From IMG/VR virus record IMGVR_UViG_3300021254_000030: a stretch of DNA of 28,643 bases. One strand, given 5' to 3'. Source of the stretch: a virus. Lineage: Duplodnaviria; Heunggongvirae; Uroviricota; Caudoviricetes. The notes under the pieces were generated by a model. It worked only from the letters and a program-made list of their open reading frames with translations. It was not told the DNA's origin and did no database searches. This document shows, in pieces, positions 10,012-19,665 of this stretch (positions within the stretch are counted from its first letter, which is position 1; every line of letters starts with the position of its first letter). Made by a program: the position numbers and the translations under genes.

Positions 10012-11562
10012 TTAAAAAGCACTCTCCTTATTTTCTTCTCTTGTTGCTACATTAATTTTATAATCTTCCATATCAATCAATTCATAACTATAAGATGTTG
10101 CAAAAATAGGATTAATTCTACATATACCTAAATCTGCTTTGCACCATAGAAGAATATGATTATAATCACCCCGTCTATTCTTATATATAGACATTTTAAG
10201 ATTAGGAATTTCTATACCCTTTTCAGAACAAATTTTATTAATAATTTCTTTATCTGATTCTGTCATATTAAGTAAAATACTACCTGCGTCAATTTTATCG
10301 GCAATAGATTTTGCTCCACGAAGAAGATTCTGGTCAAAAACTGTAACATTTGTATAATCTGCATTTAACTGTGTACTTGACATAATGAAAATTTTATTTT
10401 CAACAGCAAGGTCTTTAAGTCTAACGCTAATCATAAAAAGTACATTATCTTCTCTAAGACCTTTAACAGATGCGCGGGAAGCTACTTCAGAAAGAATCTT
10501 CATACTGCTATGAATATAGTCTAAGAAAATATATCTTACATCAAACTTTTTAATTAATGTCTTTGTAACATTTTCAATATCCTTTAAAGAAAAATCATGT
10601 AATTCTTTTAAATATAAAGGACTATTTTCAATTAATTCAATAGCATGAAGAACCCTTTCCTCTTCTCCTTCTTCATATCTATTAGTTAAGATATGTTTTT
10701 CATTTACACCTGAAAGAAAAGCCCACATCATAGTTTGCACTTCACTAAATTCTTGCTCTGTCATTATATATGCGGCAGGTTGTGCAGGACCAGTACTTAT
10801 CCACTGTTTCTTTTCTAAGTCATAAATTTCACTACATCCAATAAAACAGCAATCTGCGGCCATTGCTCTAGATTTACCTACATTAGTTGCAGCTGAACGT
10901 AGATAAAATTTACCGAGGCGGGCACCGCGAAAGATAGCATTAATTAAATCTCCAAACAGAGGATAACCTATATCGGGATTATTTTTTAATTCTTCAAATA
11001 AAGCGCGCCCGCCCTTGCCAGCTTGAATAATACCATCTGCCGCCCCGCCCGCACAGGCTTCTTTAATACTATCAATTTTATCATCTATTAAATCAATAAT
11101 TTCTTGTTCAGTATGGTTATCTAACCAATCTTCTTGCGCCTGTTTTTTCTTTTGGTCAAAAATATTATTAAGATCATATAACCAAGATAGATCCATACCT
11201 AATGTTTCATTATACATTCTAAGTAAGGTCATCTTTTTTACACGATGATAATAATAATTAAAAGCAGCAATTTGAGAATTTTCACTTATTTTTTCAAGAT
11301 ACTAGGGGCCTCGATTAGATTTATAGACGGCCAGTTTTTTAGGTCTTGATTCAAGATAATCTTCTATATTGGCTGGAGTTACTTTTTTTACACCAAGTTG
11401 ATGTAAGTTATAAATACTTCCAAAAATAACTTGATGAAATTCTTCTATAAAATCATCAAGAGAAAAAGAATACTATTCATTATCTAATATATCAGGATTT
11501 TGATAGATACTGCCTATGACTTGAATAATTGCTGTTGTGTCTGTATATCTAACTTTACTCAT
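10012..11562 (-). CDS. dnaB: replicative DNA helicase DnaB-like, 516 aa with 2 in-frame TAG
   Basis: The track ORF extends upstream through TAG codons 30 and 87 to the ATG at 11562 (MSKVRYTDTTAIIQVIG), with GAGG RBS. Motifs: SAATNVGKS, IFLDYIH, STQLN, LRGAKSIADKID, IYKNRRG. Confidence 0.88.
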
Positions 11563-11794
11563 CCTCTACCTCTATTGTATAGAAAAATTCACTATGAGAA
11601 CCTACATCATACCAAGTCTTCTTACTGTTCTTGGAGTCTGTCCAAGTTCTAATATAATAAATTATAAATTTATAATCTTTATTTTGGTTACACTCGTTTA
11701 TAAAATCTTTAATAGCTTTTATTACCCGAGTCTTTTCACAAATAGCAATTAAAGTATCATTTTCATATCTATCAGAAAAATAAAGTTTTACCAT
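11555..11794 (-). CDS. hypothetical protein
   Basis: 79 aa, tight overlaps with the genes on both sides. Confidence 0.7.
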   Translation of the reverse strand: MVKLYFSDRYENDTLIAICEKTRVIKAIKDFINECNQNKDYKFIIYYIRTWTDSKNSKKTWYDVGSHSEFFYTIEVEDE

Positions 11795-12291
11795 TATTCA
11801 TCTCCTAAATCTAAAAGGCGGGGAGCAGGTTTCATCGGTTTTGGAGGTACAATATTAAATTCAATAACCTGTCGCCGCATTTTCTTATTCTTATTTTTAT
11901 TTTCAGTTAAATAACGTTCTTGATAATATTTTTTTACATCTTCATATATATAAGGAATAATACCAATTCCGCCATGCCCCTCTTCAATATTACCATGTTT
12001 AATATTATAAAACCAATGTAGGCATCCTGTCATTCCACTCCACGTATAACCATATTGTTTTATAAAATTTAACGCTTGTCGATTAATCATTACATAATTG
12101 TAATCAGAACCATAAATATTTTTTACATATTGGAAAAATTGGTTTTTATCATTTTCTTCTTGTAATAGATTTTTATTTTGGCCCTCTGCGCATTTTTCAT
12201 GGGCATACCTTCTAGCCCCAGCTTTAACAAAAGGTTCTTTGTCTCTATCAAAAGATTTTCCACAAAAAAGACATTTTACTATATGAGCCAT
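11794..12291 (-). CDS. Zn-finger protein, possible helicase loader/replication accessory factor
   Basis: KCLFCG..HEKC Zn motif, located just upstream of dnaB. The function is inferred. Confidence 0.6.
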   Translation of the reverse strand: MAHIVKCLFCGKSFDRDKEPFVKAGARRYAHEKCAEGQNKNLLQEENDKNQFFQYVKNIYGSDYNYVMINRQALNFIKQYGYTWSGMTGCLHWFYNIKHGNIEEGHGGIGIIPYIYEDVKKYYQERYLTENKNKNKKMRRQVIEFNIVPPKPMKPAPRLLDLGDE

Positions 12292-12321
12292 TTTATTTTT
12301 CCTCTTTTTCTCATTTTATTT

Positions 12322-12350
12322 ATTATATCATTTTTTTTATAAAAAAACAA
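12322..12350 (-). promoter_or_regulatory. sigmaA-type promoter
   Basis: Minus strand TTGTTT-17-TATAAT with extended TG. Confidence 0.6.
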
Positions 12351-12380
12351 GGTAGGAGATTAATCGCTACCTTGTTTTTT
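12341..12380 (-). terminator. intrinsic terminator after the ATPase gene
   Basis: Stem AACAAGGTAG/CTACCTTGTT with A/T tracts on both sides. Confidence 0.75.
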
Positions 12381-12384
12381 ATTT

Positions 12385-13368
12385 TTATCTATTTTTAAAG
12401 AGTTCTTTTAAATCGAAAACAATCAATGATAACTGTTCTGCTTGATCTCTTGTAATATTAATAATCTTCTTACCTTTACCTAAATATTTATCGGTAATTT
12501 CTGTAATATATGGAGCGTAATGTGCTTGCTCTTCTTTTGTTAAAGAAGATAACATAGTATTACATTCTGCATATAAATCATCAAAATTGAGTTCGGTAGA
12601 TGCAGTATTTATATTTCTATCATTCGTAACAAACTCTTTACCTGCATATTTCGCTTCTTCATCAATAGCTTTATTCAAGGCTTCAACAAGAGAATCATAT
12701 GAAAAATTAACTTCTGGTTCCATATATTTGAAGCGCGATCCGCAATCAATAGTTCCATCTAAAGAACGAAGTGTTAAAACTCTTTTTGGGACATTATCTC
12801 GAATAACAGTATGAGCATAGCAATAAATATCTACCATATCTTTAATAATTAAATTATAGCTATTACCTAATGTAGGGACGATTTGATTATACTATGTTCC
12901 ATCTTGTCTTTTAAAAGTTTTATCTTTATCGTGAGAAATAAATAATACGGCATAGCCAAGCTGAGTAACTGATCTAAAAGTATCTTCTAGTTCTCTCTTT
13001 ACTCGTGACCAGCCTTGACCATATGGAATTTGGTTAAGAGTGTCAACTCCCGCTTGAGAAATAACATATTTTTCACAGGCGGCCGCCGCAATATCAATGG
13101 TATCAACTATAACAGAATGAAACCGTTCTTTTACTTCTGGCTTTTTTAATTCTCGTAAAATCATTTTCATTTCTGCCCAAGTTGTAACGTCTTGCGCGAA
13201 CACATTGGGAAGAGCATTGTATCCTTTTTCAAAAGCTAAAATAAGGGCGCCAGGCATTTGGCTACCAAAAGTAGTTTTACCAATTTTACCTGGGCCGTAA
13301 ATATATGTGATATATCCGCTTAAATCTCTACTAACTTTGTGAGGCTATAGTTTTGTTAAATCAATCAT
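12385..13368 (-). CDS. P-loop ATPase (AAA_24/Sak4-like ssDNA annealing or recombination protein), 327 aa with 2 TAG
   Basis: Joins two track ORFs: MIDLTKLXPHKVSRDLSGYITYIYGPGKIGKTT, AFEKGYNAL, VIVDTID, FISH, KRQDGTXYNQIVPTL. TAG at codons 8 and 159; AGGAG RBS. Confidence 0.82.
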
Positions 13369-13417
13369 AAAAAATCTCCTTTACTATTTTCTTATTTCAT
13401 ACTCATAGTATACAATA

Positions 13418-13450
13418 AAATGGAAAGAATAAATTTCATTCTTTCCATTT
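13418..13450 (-). terminator. hairpin/terminator after the SSB-like gene
   Basis: 13-bp inverted repeat AAATGGAAAGAAT/ATTCTTTCCATTT. Confidence 0.65.
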
Positions 13451-13459
13451 ATATATTAA

Positions 13460-14431
13460 TTAAAAATTAAAACCACCTTCAGGAACAACATTTGAAGGAA
13501 CCGGAATTGCACTAGAAGCGGGTGTCGCCGAAGCACGCTGTCTCTCCTCGTAATACTTCTTCGCGCTTGCTTTCTGGTCTTCCAAATAGGTATTTCTATC
13601 GGCAATTACCTGTTCAAGTTCTGCTTTTGTAATAGTCTGAGGATCATCAAATACATAAGGCTGAGGCTGTGCCCAAGTAATTACCCATTCTCTCTCATGT
13701 CGGAAGCTAGAGTCAACAACTGCTTCACCAAAAGCATTTTCCATTTTCTTCTCAATCTTGATTGTAGTATTAACAATCTCTCCCCTTACTTGTGTATAAA
13801 TAGGATTACTCTGAGACGCTCCCAGGCCAAGAAAATAATTTACAGAACCAGATGCTTTAGAATCTTTTGCAACAAGAGTAAAAGGCAATAGCGCATTTTT
13901 AAAATCAAAGATTGCGGCGTTAATTCTTACAAAATCTTCGTTAATATTATGCTCGGGATCTGCTTCTACCAAAGTAACACCGTTAATAATTACATCAAAT
14001 TTAAATTTATTTCTGGCAATAGGGTCAGGATTAAGAGTAGAAACAAATGATACAAAACCACCTTCGTTTCTTTGCTGAGACACAAGCTGGTCTCCGCCAT
14101 TAGGGAAATAATCATTCAATGCAGCGGCTGTGTTTAGACGAACCATCATTGCCATATCCTTACCATCCTTAAGCCATGTCTTACCAGTCTCAAGAATCTG
14201 CTTTAAGTTTACAAAAGTATTACTTACTGCCCCAGAACCTGTAAGTTCTTTAACAAATGTATAATGAACAGGAATTACATTCAATCCCTCTTCGTCTGTT
14301 GCTATATTCAAACTTCCTGTAATATATTCAACACCAAAATTCTTTGAATTTTTATTTGTAACGGTTTTCATCTGAAGATTATGGTCATAAAGTCTGCCTT
14401 CGATTACTTCTTCATTAATATTCTTTCTCAT
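13460..14431 (-). CDS. putative single-stranded DNA-binding protein
   Basis: 323 aa, beta-rich, low-complexity linker and aromatic tail (EGGFNF), in a replication cluster with its own promoter. The function is inferred. Confidence 0.6.
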   Translation of the reverse strand: MRKNINEEVIEGRLYDHNLQMKTVTNKNSKNFGVEYITGSLNIATDEEGLNVIPVHYTFVKELTGSGAVSNTFVNLKQILETGKTWLKDGKDMAMMVRLNTAAALNDYFPNGGDQLVSQQRNEGGFVSFVSTLNPDPIARNKFKFDVIINGVTLVEADPEHNINEDFVRINAAIFDFKNALLPFTLVAKDSKASGSVNYFLGLGASQSNPIYTQVRGEIVNTTIKIEKKMENAFGEAVVDSSFRHEREWVITWAQPQPYVFDDPQTITKAELEQVIADRNTYLEDQKASAKKYYEERQRASATPASSAIPVPSNVVPEGGFNF

Positions 14432-14486
14432 TCTTTTTTCTCCTAATTTTTTTGTTTATTTATTTTATTCTTTATTTTATAATAAT

Positions 14487-14515
14487 ATTATATAATAAAT
14501 TTTTATAAAAATCAA
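14487..14515 (-). promoter_or_regulatory. sigmaA-type promoter
   Basis: Minus strand TTGATT-17-TATAAT. Confidence 0.7.
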
Positions 14516-14517
14516 AT

Positions 14518-15378
14518 TTATTGATTAAATAGAATCAATTCTTCAGCATATGGTAATGTCTTTATCCAATTGCAAAAATCTTGGCTCCATTCAGTAAGTT
14601 TATGGTACCGACGCTGTCCATACATATTCCGCAAAGTTTCATAATTACTCGTCCAAGTTCTAGTTTGTAACCATCCATTAGGCAACCAACGAATTAATTC
14701 TTTCCAATATTTTTTATCTTTTGTTTCAAGATACCGTTTTCTAAGTGTTTCACATATATTAATAATATAATCTACACAATCATCATTAGTATCATCAATA
14801 GTATATGGTTCACCTTCAAAAAGAATTAAATCTGAACTATAGTCTCCCATTTCAAAACATTCTTTTGTAATAGGTGTACTTGCTAATTTATGCATTGTTG
14901 ATGTTGAATTAGCAACCGTTGCTACTTTGTAAGTATCGGCTTCTTTCCACCAATATAACGGTGCAGTTATATCAACAGAAACGAAAATTTGACGAAGAAA
15001 TTTTCTATCGCTCGAACCAGCCTTAATCATACGTTGAGCCAAATCTAAATCTTTTGGACCTAATAAAGCTAAATCATAAATTGTCATTCCATTATCATCT
15101 TCTGACAAAACACTATTTTTTATAAGCCAATCTATATAACTATCTTCTAATCTGCAATACTCAAGGCTTCCTTCTTCAATTACTTTTTGGTTATTCTTTT
15201 CTGCTTTAATATTATAATCAGTTATCCATTCATGTGCAACTGAAATAGTTGAGTCATAACTGTATTCTTCAGGGTACATTCCAAAACTACTATCACTTTT
15301 TTCCCAACTTTCAAGAGGATTACGTAACCCGCGCATAGCTCCCTAAAAATTCATTACTTTTGTATTCTAAAACTTCAT
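14518..15378 (-). CDS. ThyX-like (flavin-dependent thymidylate synthase-like) phage protein, 286 aa with 2 TAG
   Basis: MKFXNTKVMNFXGAMRGLRNP..SWEKSDS, RKFLRQI, APLYWWKE.DTYK, NSTSTMHK, NYETLRNMYGQRRYHKLTEW. The start overlaps the upstream TAA (TAATG). Confidence 0.65.
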
Positions 15379-16346
15379 TATTTATTTCCCTTCGTCACGT
15401 TCAAACCTACTTTGTTTGATTGATACATCTAAATCCAAAATCTTTCTTTTTCATTCAATTTATCACGAGTACATTTCTAAAGAATTTCAAAAGTAAAATT
15501 CCATACTCCATATTTCTGCATATTATTATAAAGTTTATTAGTGGCGGAAGCATCTATCCCAAGACCACATTTTACATGTTGTTTCCATCTATCGGCTATG
15601 TTAACACTTTGTCCAATATATATATCACCAGTTTGTTTATTTGTAATTTTATAAATACCACAAACTGATCCAGAACCTAATACACGATTACATAAATCAG
15701 TAGTAGGTTTCATTATAAAAGCAGACCAAATAATTTTAGAAACAATAGAAGGATCATTAAGTTCTTTTTTCCATTCTTGAAGATTTATAATATCATTAAT
15801 TTGTCCTTCAGAAATTTTTATACGATAAAAAGATATTTTATCCTATTCTTCTTGCTATCTAAGACGTGCGGCGGTCGCAGCCTCATATACAGATTTAAGC
15901 TAGGTTAAATCAGATTGAACCTGATCCCGCAAATCCTATATGTTATGTATCTATTGTTTTAGGGACTCTTCATACTATTGATATTTTAATTCAATATTTT
16001 TCTTTTTTTGCTAAATAGTATTATTATAAATCTATTCTTGTTTAGCAATACTTTCTTGATAAGAAGATTGTATTTGCAATAATTTCTAGCCTTGCTTTTC
16101 TCTTGCCTCGTTTAAAATATTTTGCTATTGCTGTTGAAGATTCTTTAACTATAAAATTTTATTTTGTTTGTCAGTAATTTGCTAATTTAAATCAGATAAT
16201 TCTTTTTGTTTTTCTTTTAAATGCTTATTTACTGTCTATTTTAAATTATTTACCTATATTTTTTGATTCGTTTGCCGCAATTGAAATAACAGGTAAAGAG
16301 ATACTCCAATTAATAAAATAGACAATATAATCAAAAGTATCTTCAT
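15378..16346 (-). CDS. membrane-anchored coiled-coil GIY-YIG nuclease-domain protein, 322 aa with 16 TAG
   Basis: N-terminal hydrophobic helix MKILLIILSILLIGVSLYLLF, long Q/K/X coiled coil, C-terminal GIYKITN..YIGQS..RWKQH..FEILXKC..EKERFWI..GLN. One frame, broken only by TAG, ending in TAA. Confidence 0.85.
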
Positions 16347-16351
16347 TATTC

Positions 16352-16388
16352 AAAAAAACGGGCTAAGTATTTTTATACTTAACCCGTT
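16352..16388 (-). terminator. intrinsic terminator
   Basis: Minus strand AACGGGTTAAGTA/TACTTAGCCCGTT followed by TTTTT. Confidence 0.75.
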
Positions 16389-16398
16389 ATAAAAAGAA

Positions 16399-16710
16399 TT
16401 ATTCCGCTGTCTCAGGGTCAAAATTGCGGCCAGACTCAGTTAGCTTAACAAACTTGACGGACTCATGCTTAATATTACCATCCTTATCCTCAATCTCAAG
16501 TTCGCCTTCAACTCTCTCAGCAAGGGGATCCTTTACCTTATCTTCTCCTACAGTCTTGGTGTGTCTTGAAAAAGCCCCTGTGATAATACCATTTACCTGG
16601 CGGGGATCAAGATCAAGAGCCGCAGCAATATCCTTTGCCGTAATATTCTCATCCTCATGTGCCTTAATGTAATTAAATACTGCTAGTGTGTTCTCTTTAA
16701 ATTTTGCCAT
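16399..16710 (-). CDS. small HTH-like DNA-binding protein
   Basis: 103 aa, ITAKDIAAALDLDPRQVNGII helix-turn-helix-like segment, AGGAG RBS. Confidence 0.6.
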   Translation of the reverse strand: MAKFKENTLAVFNYIKAHEDENITAKDIAAALDLDPRQVNGIITGAFSRHTKTVGEDKVKDPLAERVEGELEIEDKDGNIKHESVKFVKLTESGRNFDPETAE

Positions 16711-16712
16711 TT

Positions 16713-16904
16713 TTATTTTCTCCTTTTAATATTAAAATAATTTGAAACATAATCATTTAGTTGTAGCACTTCAGGAAAAGATAGATTACTTATAATATTT
16801 CTAATTTCTTCTTCATTTTTTTCTACATTATCATTTCTCTGAATTGCTTCTTCTGCCCGTATAATTCTACTGGCTAAAATATTTATATTTCTTTCATCTT
16901 TCAT
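16713..16904 (-). CDS. hypothetical 63-aa protein, probably leaderless
   Basis: Start revised to MKDER at 16904, because the track's upstream extension is the promoter itself. Confidence 0.6.
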   Translation of the reverse strand: MKDERNINILASRIIRAEEAIQRNDNVEKNEEEIRNIISNLSFPEVLQLNDYVSNYFNIKRRK

Positions 16905-16910
16905 AAAAAT

Positions 16911-16939
16911 ATTATACCAAAAATTTTTCAATTAATCAA
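16911..16939 (-). promoter_or_regulatory. sigmaA-type promoter overlapping the ligA stop
   Basis: Minus strand TTGATT-17-TATAAT with TG (TGGTATAAT). Confidence 0.7.
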
Positions 16940-18895
16940 GTCAATAAGTTGCTGTTCTGTAATGACCGGGATATTCAACTCTTTCGCCGTTTTGTTTTTA
17001 CTAGAAGTAGAATTGACATCATTATTTACGAGATAGCTAGTTTTTTTAGAAACTGATCCCGTAACTTTTCCGCCATTTTCTTCTATAAAATTTTTCAATT
17101 CATTTCTATTTTTAAAATGAGAAGTTTTACCCGTAATTACAAATATTTTATCTTTTAATTTTCTATCTTCTTGTTCTTCTACTTCAGGAACCGATGTAAT
17201 AATTTCATTTATGTAATTATCAAAAATATTATCGGCTTCAATATAATCAAAAGAAGTAAGAATTTTTATCATAACGTCGCCAATACCTTTAATATTATAA
17301 AGGCGGTCATCCTCATCTGGAAAATCTACAGCATGTCTAAATCCATTATAGGTATGATATACTTTAATTAAATCTTCTGAAGCTACCTTACCTATCTGCG
17401 GGATACCAATTGCCGCAATAAATTTAGAAGCTGTACAATTTTTACCTTCTTCTATTGCTGTTAAAATTTTATCGACAGAGGCAATACCAAATCCAGATTT
17501 TTCAATCCATTCATTACGATGCTTTTGTAATTTAAAAATATCTTCTAAAGAATTAATCCATCCCCAATCAATAAGTTTTTCAAGAGTTTTTTCAGATAAT
17601 CCTTTTATATCAAGGCCTTTTTTACCTACAAAATGATCGAGACGATTAATTAGCTTCCCAGAGCATGCGGAATTAGTGCAATATAAAACTTCACTATCAT
17701 AATCTTTCCTTATCTCTGTCGGTGCTCCGCAATATGGGCATACTTCAGGGATAGGAATTATCGGGATGTTATCAGGTTTATTCGTTTGAACGTAAGCCAC
17801 TTGCGGTATGATTTGATTTGCTTTGTAAATATATACTCTTTGTCCCGGGAAGGCTCCATGCATTGTCTTTTTCATAATACTAATATTATGAAGACTTGCT
17901 CTATTGCAAACGGCGCCATCTATTTCAACATCATTATAAACTAATACGGGAGTCAATTGGCCTGCTCTTCCCATTGTCCATTCAATATCTTTTACTTCTG
18001 TTTCATATTCATCATCGTAAAACTTATAAGCGATACCGCCTTTAAAGTGATGGTCTGTTCTACCTGCCGCCTCATATTCTTCAGTATCATCATACTTAAA
18101 AACAATTCCATCAATAGGATAAAACTCGTTTTTACACATATTTTTTATATCATCAATGACATCTTTATAGCTATAATTATTATCATTAAAATATTTATTA
18201 TTTAAAAAAGGAGTTACTTTAAAACCCCAAAACATTAAAGCTGTAAGACTATTAGTTAAAAAATAAGATTTAGGCTTTATTAAATCCCAAGCTACAAAAG
18301 TAAGATGACGTTGTTCACATTCTTTAGAATCAAGAAGTCTTATACTTCCACTAGCAAAATTACGAGGATTTTTATAATTTTCTTTGAAAGATTCAAAATT
18401 TTTATATGTGCAAATAATTTCTCCATCAATAATAACTTCTTCTTCGTCCGTATTAATATGATTAGGAATAGAGGGAATTACTTTAGCATTATGAGTAACA
18501 TCTTCTCCAATAATACCATTTCCTCTTGTTTCTGCGGAAGCCAATTCTCCATTTTCGTAACGTAAAGAGCATGTAAGGCCATCCATTTTACCCATAGCAA
18601 TCCATGCTCTCCCGCCAATAAACTCTTTAATATCTTCTACATCTTTTGTTTTTTGAAGAGAAAGCATAGGATGGTCATGAGTTACCTTTTTTAAATTATT
18701 AACAACATCATAATGAATTGTTTGAGTGGGAGAATCGGGATAAATAATACCTGTTTCTTTTTCAAGTTTCTCAAGGTTATAGTACATTGTATCCCAATCC
18801 ATATCTGAAAGATAAGGTTTACCTTGGTCATATGCTTCAGTAGCTTTGTTTAAAGCGTTTATAAAATTTCTTATATCTTCTATTTTTGTAGTCAT
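16928..18895 (-). CDS. ligA: NAD+-dependent DNA ligase
   Basis: HPMLSL, KMDG adenylation motif, TRGNG, DGIVFK, AYKF, RASLHN, Zn finger CPYC..C..C, HhH repeats, C-terminal BRCT. Confidence 0.95.
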   Translation of the reverse strand: MTTKIEDIRNFINALNKATEAYDQGKPYLSDMDWDTMYYNLEKLEKETGIIYPDSPTQTIHYDVVNNLKKVTHDHPMLSLQKTKDVEDIKEFIGGRAWIAMGKMDGLTCSLRYENGELASAETRGNGIIGEDVTHNAKVIPSIPNHINTDEEEVIIDGEIICTYKNFESFKENYKNPRNFASGSIRLLDSKECEQRHLTFVAWDLIKPKSYFLTNSLTALMFWGFKVTPFLNNKYFNDNNYSYKDVIDDIKNMCKNEFYPIDGIVFKYDDTEEYEAAGRTDHHFKGGIAYKFYDDEYETEVKDIEWTMGRAGQLTPVLVYNDVEIDGAVCNRASLHNISIMKKTMHGAFPGQRVYIYKANQIIPQVAYVQTNKPDNIPIIPIPEVCPYCGAPTEIRKDYDSEVLYCTNSACSGKLINRLDHFVGKKGLDIKGLSEKTLEKLIDWGWINSLEDIFKLQKHRNEWIEKSGFGIASVDKILTAIEEGKNCTASKFIAAIGIPQIGKVASEDLIKVYHTYNGFRHAVDFPDEDDRLYNIKGIGDVMIKILTSFDYIEADNIFDNYINEIITSVPEVEEQEDRKLKDKIFVITGKTSHFKNRNELKNFIEENGGKVTGSVSKKTSYLVNNDVNSTSSKNKTAKELNIPVITEQQLIDLIN

Positions 18896-18901
18896 TATAC
18901 T

Positions 18902-19096
18902 TTAATCCTCTAAACTTTTATAAAGAAGTTCTCCACAATAAGGGCAATTTATTCTTATATAAGATTCAATAAAATTAGGTTTTTCTACTATATAAGAAGT
19001 ATTGTCTACTTCAAAAATACAATCACAATTATTACAATGGAATCTTTTCGTCTTATGCATTACATAAGATGAACCCTATTTAATTATCTTAATCAT
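18902..19096 (-). CDS. small Zn-ribbon protein, 64 aa with 1 TAG
   Basis: MIKIIKXGSS..FHCNNCDCIFE..INCPYCGE; ATGA overlap with the phosphoesterase stop; absent from the track. Confidence 0.75.
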
Positions 19097-19665
19097 AATC
19101 TAATACCATTCCTTTCTACTCTTTTATCTATTGTTGCCCTATGGGTAGATTTTATATTTTTCAAATACCCCTGTTTAATAAATTGATTTAAATTTAAAGG
19201 AAAATACCCCCATATATTTTGAGCAAGATTTAAATGATAATCATCATTATAACCTAATCCACTATGGTCATGTCCATGTATATTAAAACAAATAGGAATA
19301 ATTCCACCAAAAGTTATTTCTAATGGTTCATGGGATAGAACTAATTTCTCTGCGATCCAGATAGGACCTGCATATACTTCATCAAAAAATTGCTCCATTT
19401 TAGAAATAGATTGGTCATGGTTTCCCATTAATAATACTTTATGGCTTTTGATATTTTCCATATATTCTGGATTGCCAACATCACCAAGATGAATTAAAGT
19501 ATCATTTTTATGACAATTTTCTTTTATGAGATATAATTGTTCTTTTTCAGAAATATTATATCCCATAAAAGGTCTGTCAGAATCATCAAAATGAGTATCG
19601 GAGATTAAATAAATACTTCCTTTTTCTGACCATTTTTGAAAAGGTTTATATAAAGTCTTTATCAT
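19093..19665 (-). CDS. calcineurin-like metallophosphoesterase
   Basis: ISDTH, HLGDVG, MGNHD, LSHEP, IHGHDH. Confidence 0.88.
   Translation of the reverse strand: MIKTLYKPFQKWSEKGSIYLISDTHFDDSDRPFMGYNISEKEQLYLIKENCHKNDTLIHLGDVGNPEYMENIKSHKVLLMGNHDQSISKMEQFFDEVYAGPIWIAEKLVLSHEPLEITFGGIIPICFNIHGHDHSGLGYNDDYHLNLAQNIWGYFPLNLNQFIKQGYLKNIKSTHRATIDKRVERNGIRL

Noticed and set aside
15378-15713. Second intron or free-standing homing endonuclease next to the thyX-like gene
   Set aside because: The GIY-YIG domain is in frame with an upstream TM and coiled-coil region, and no group I core elements flank it.
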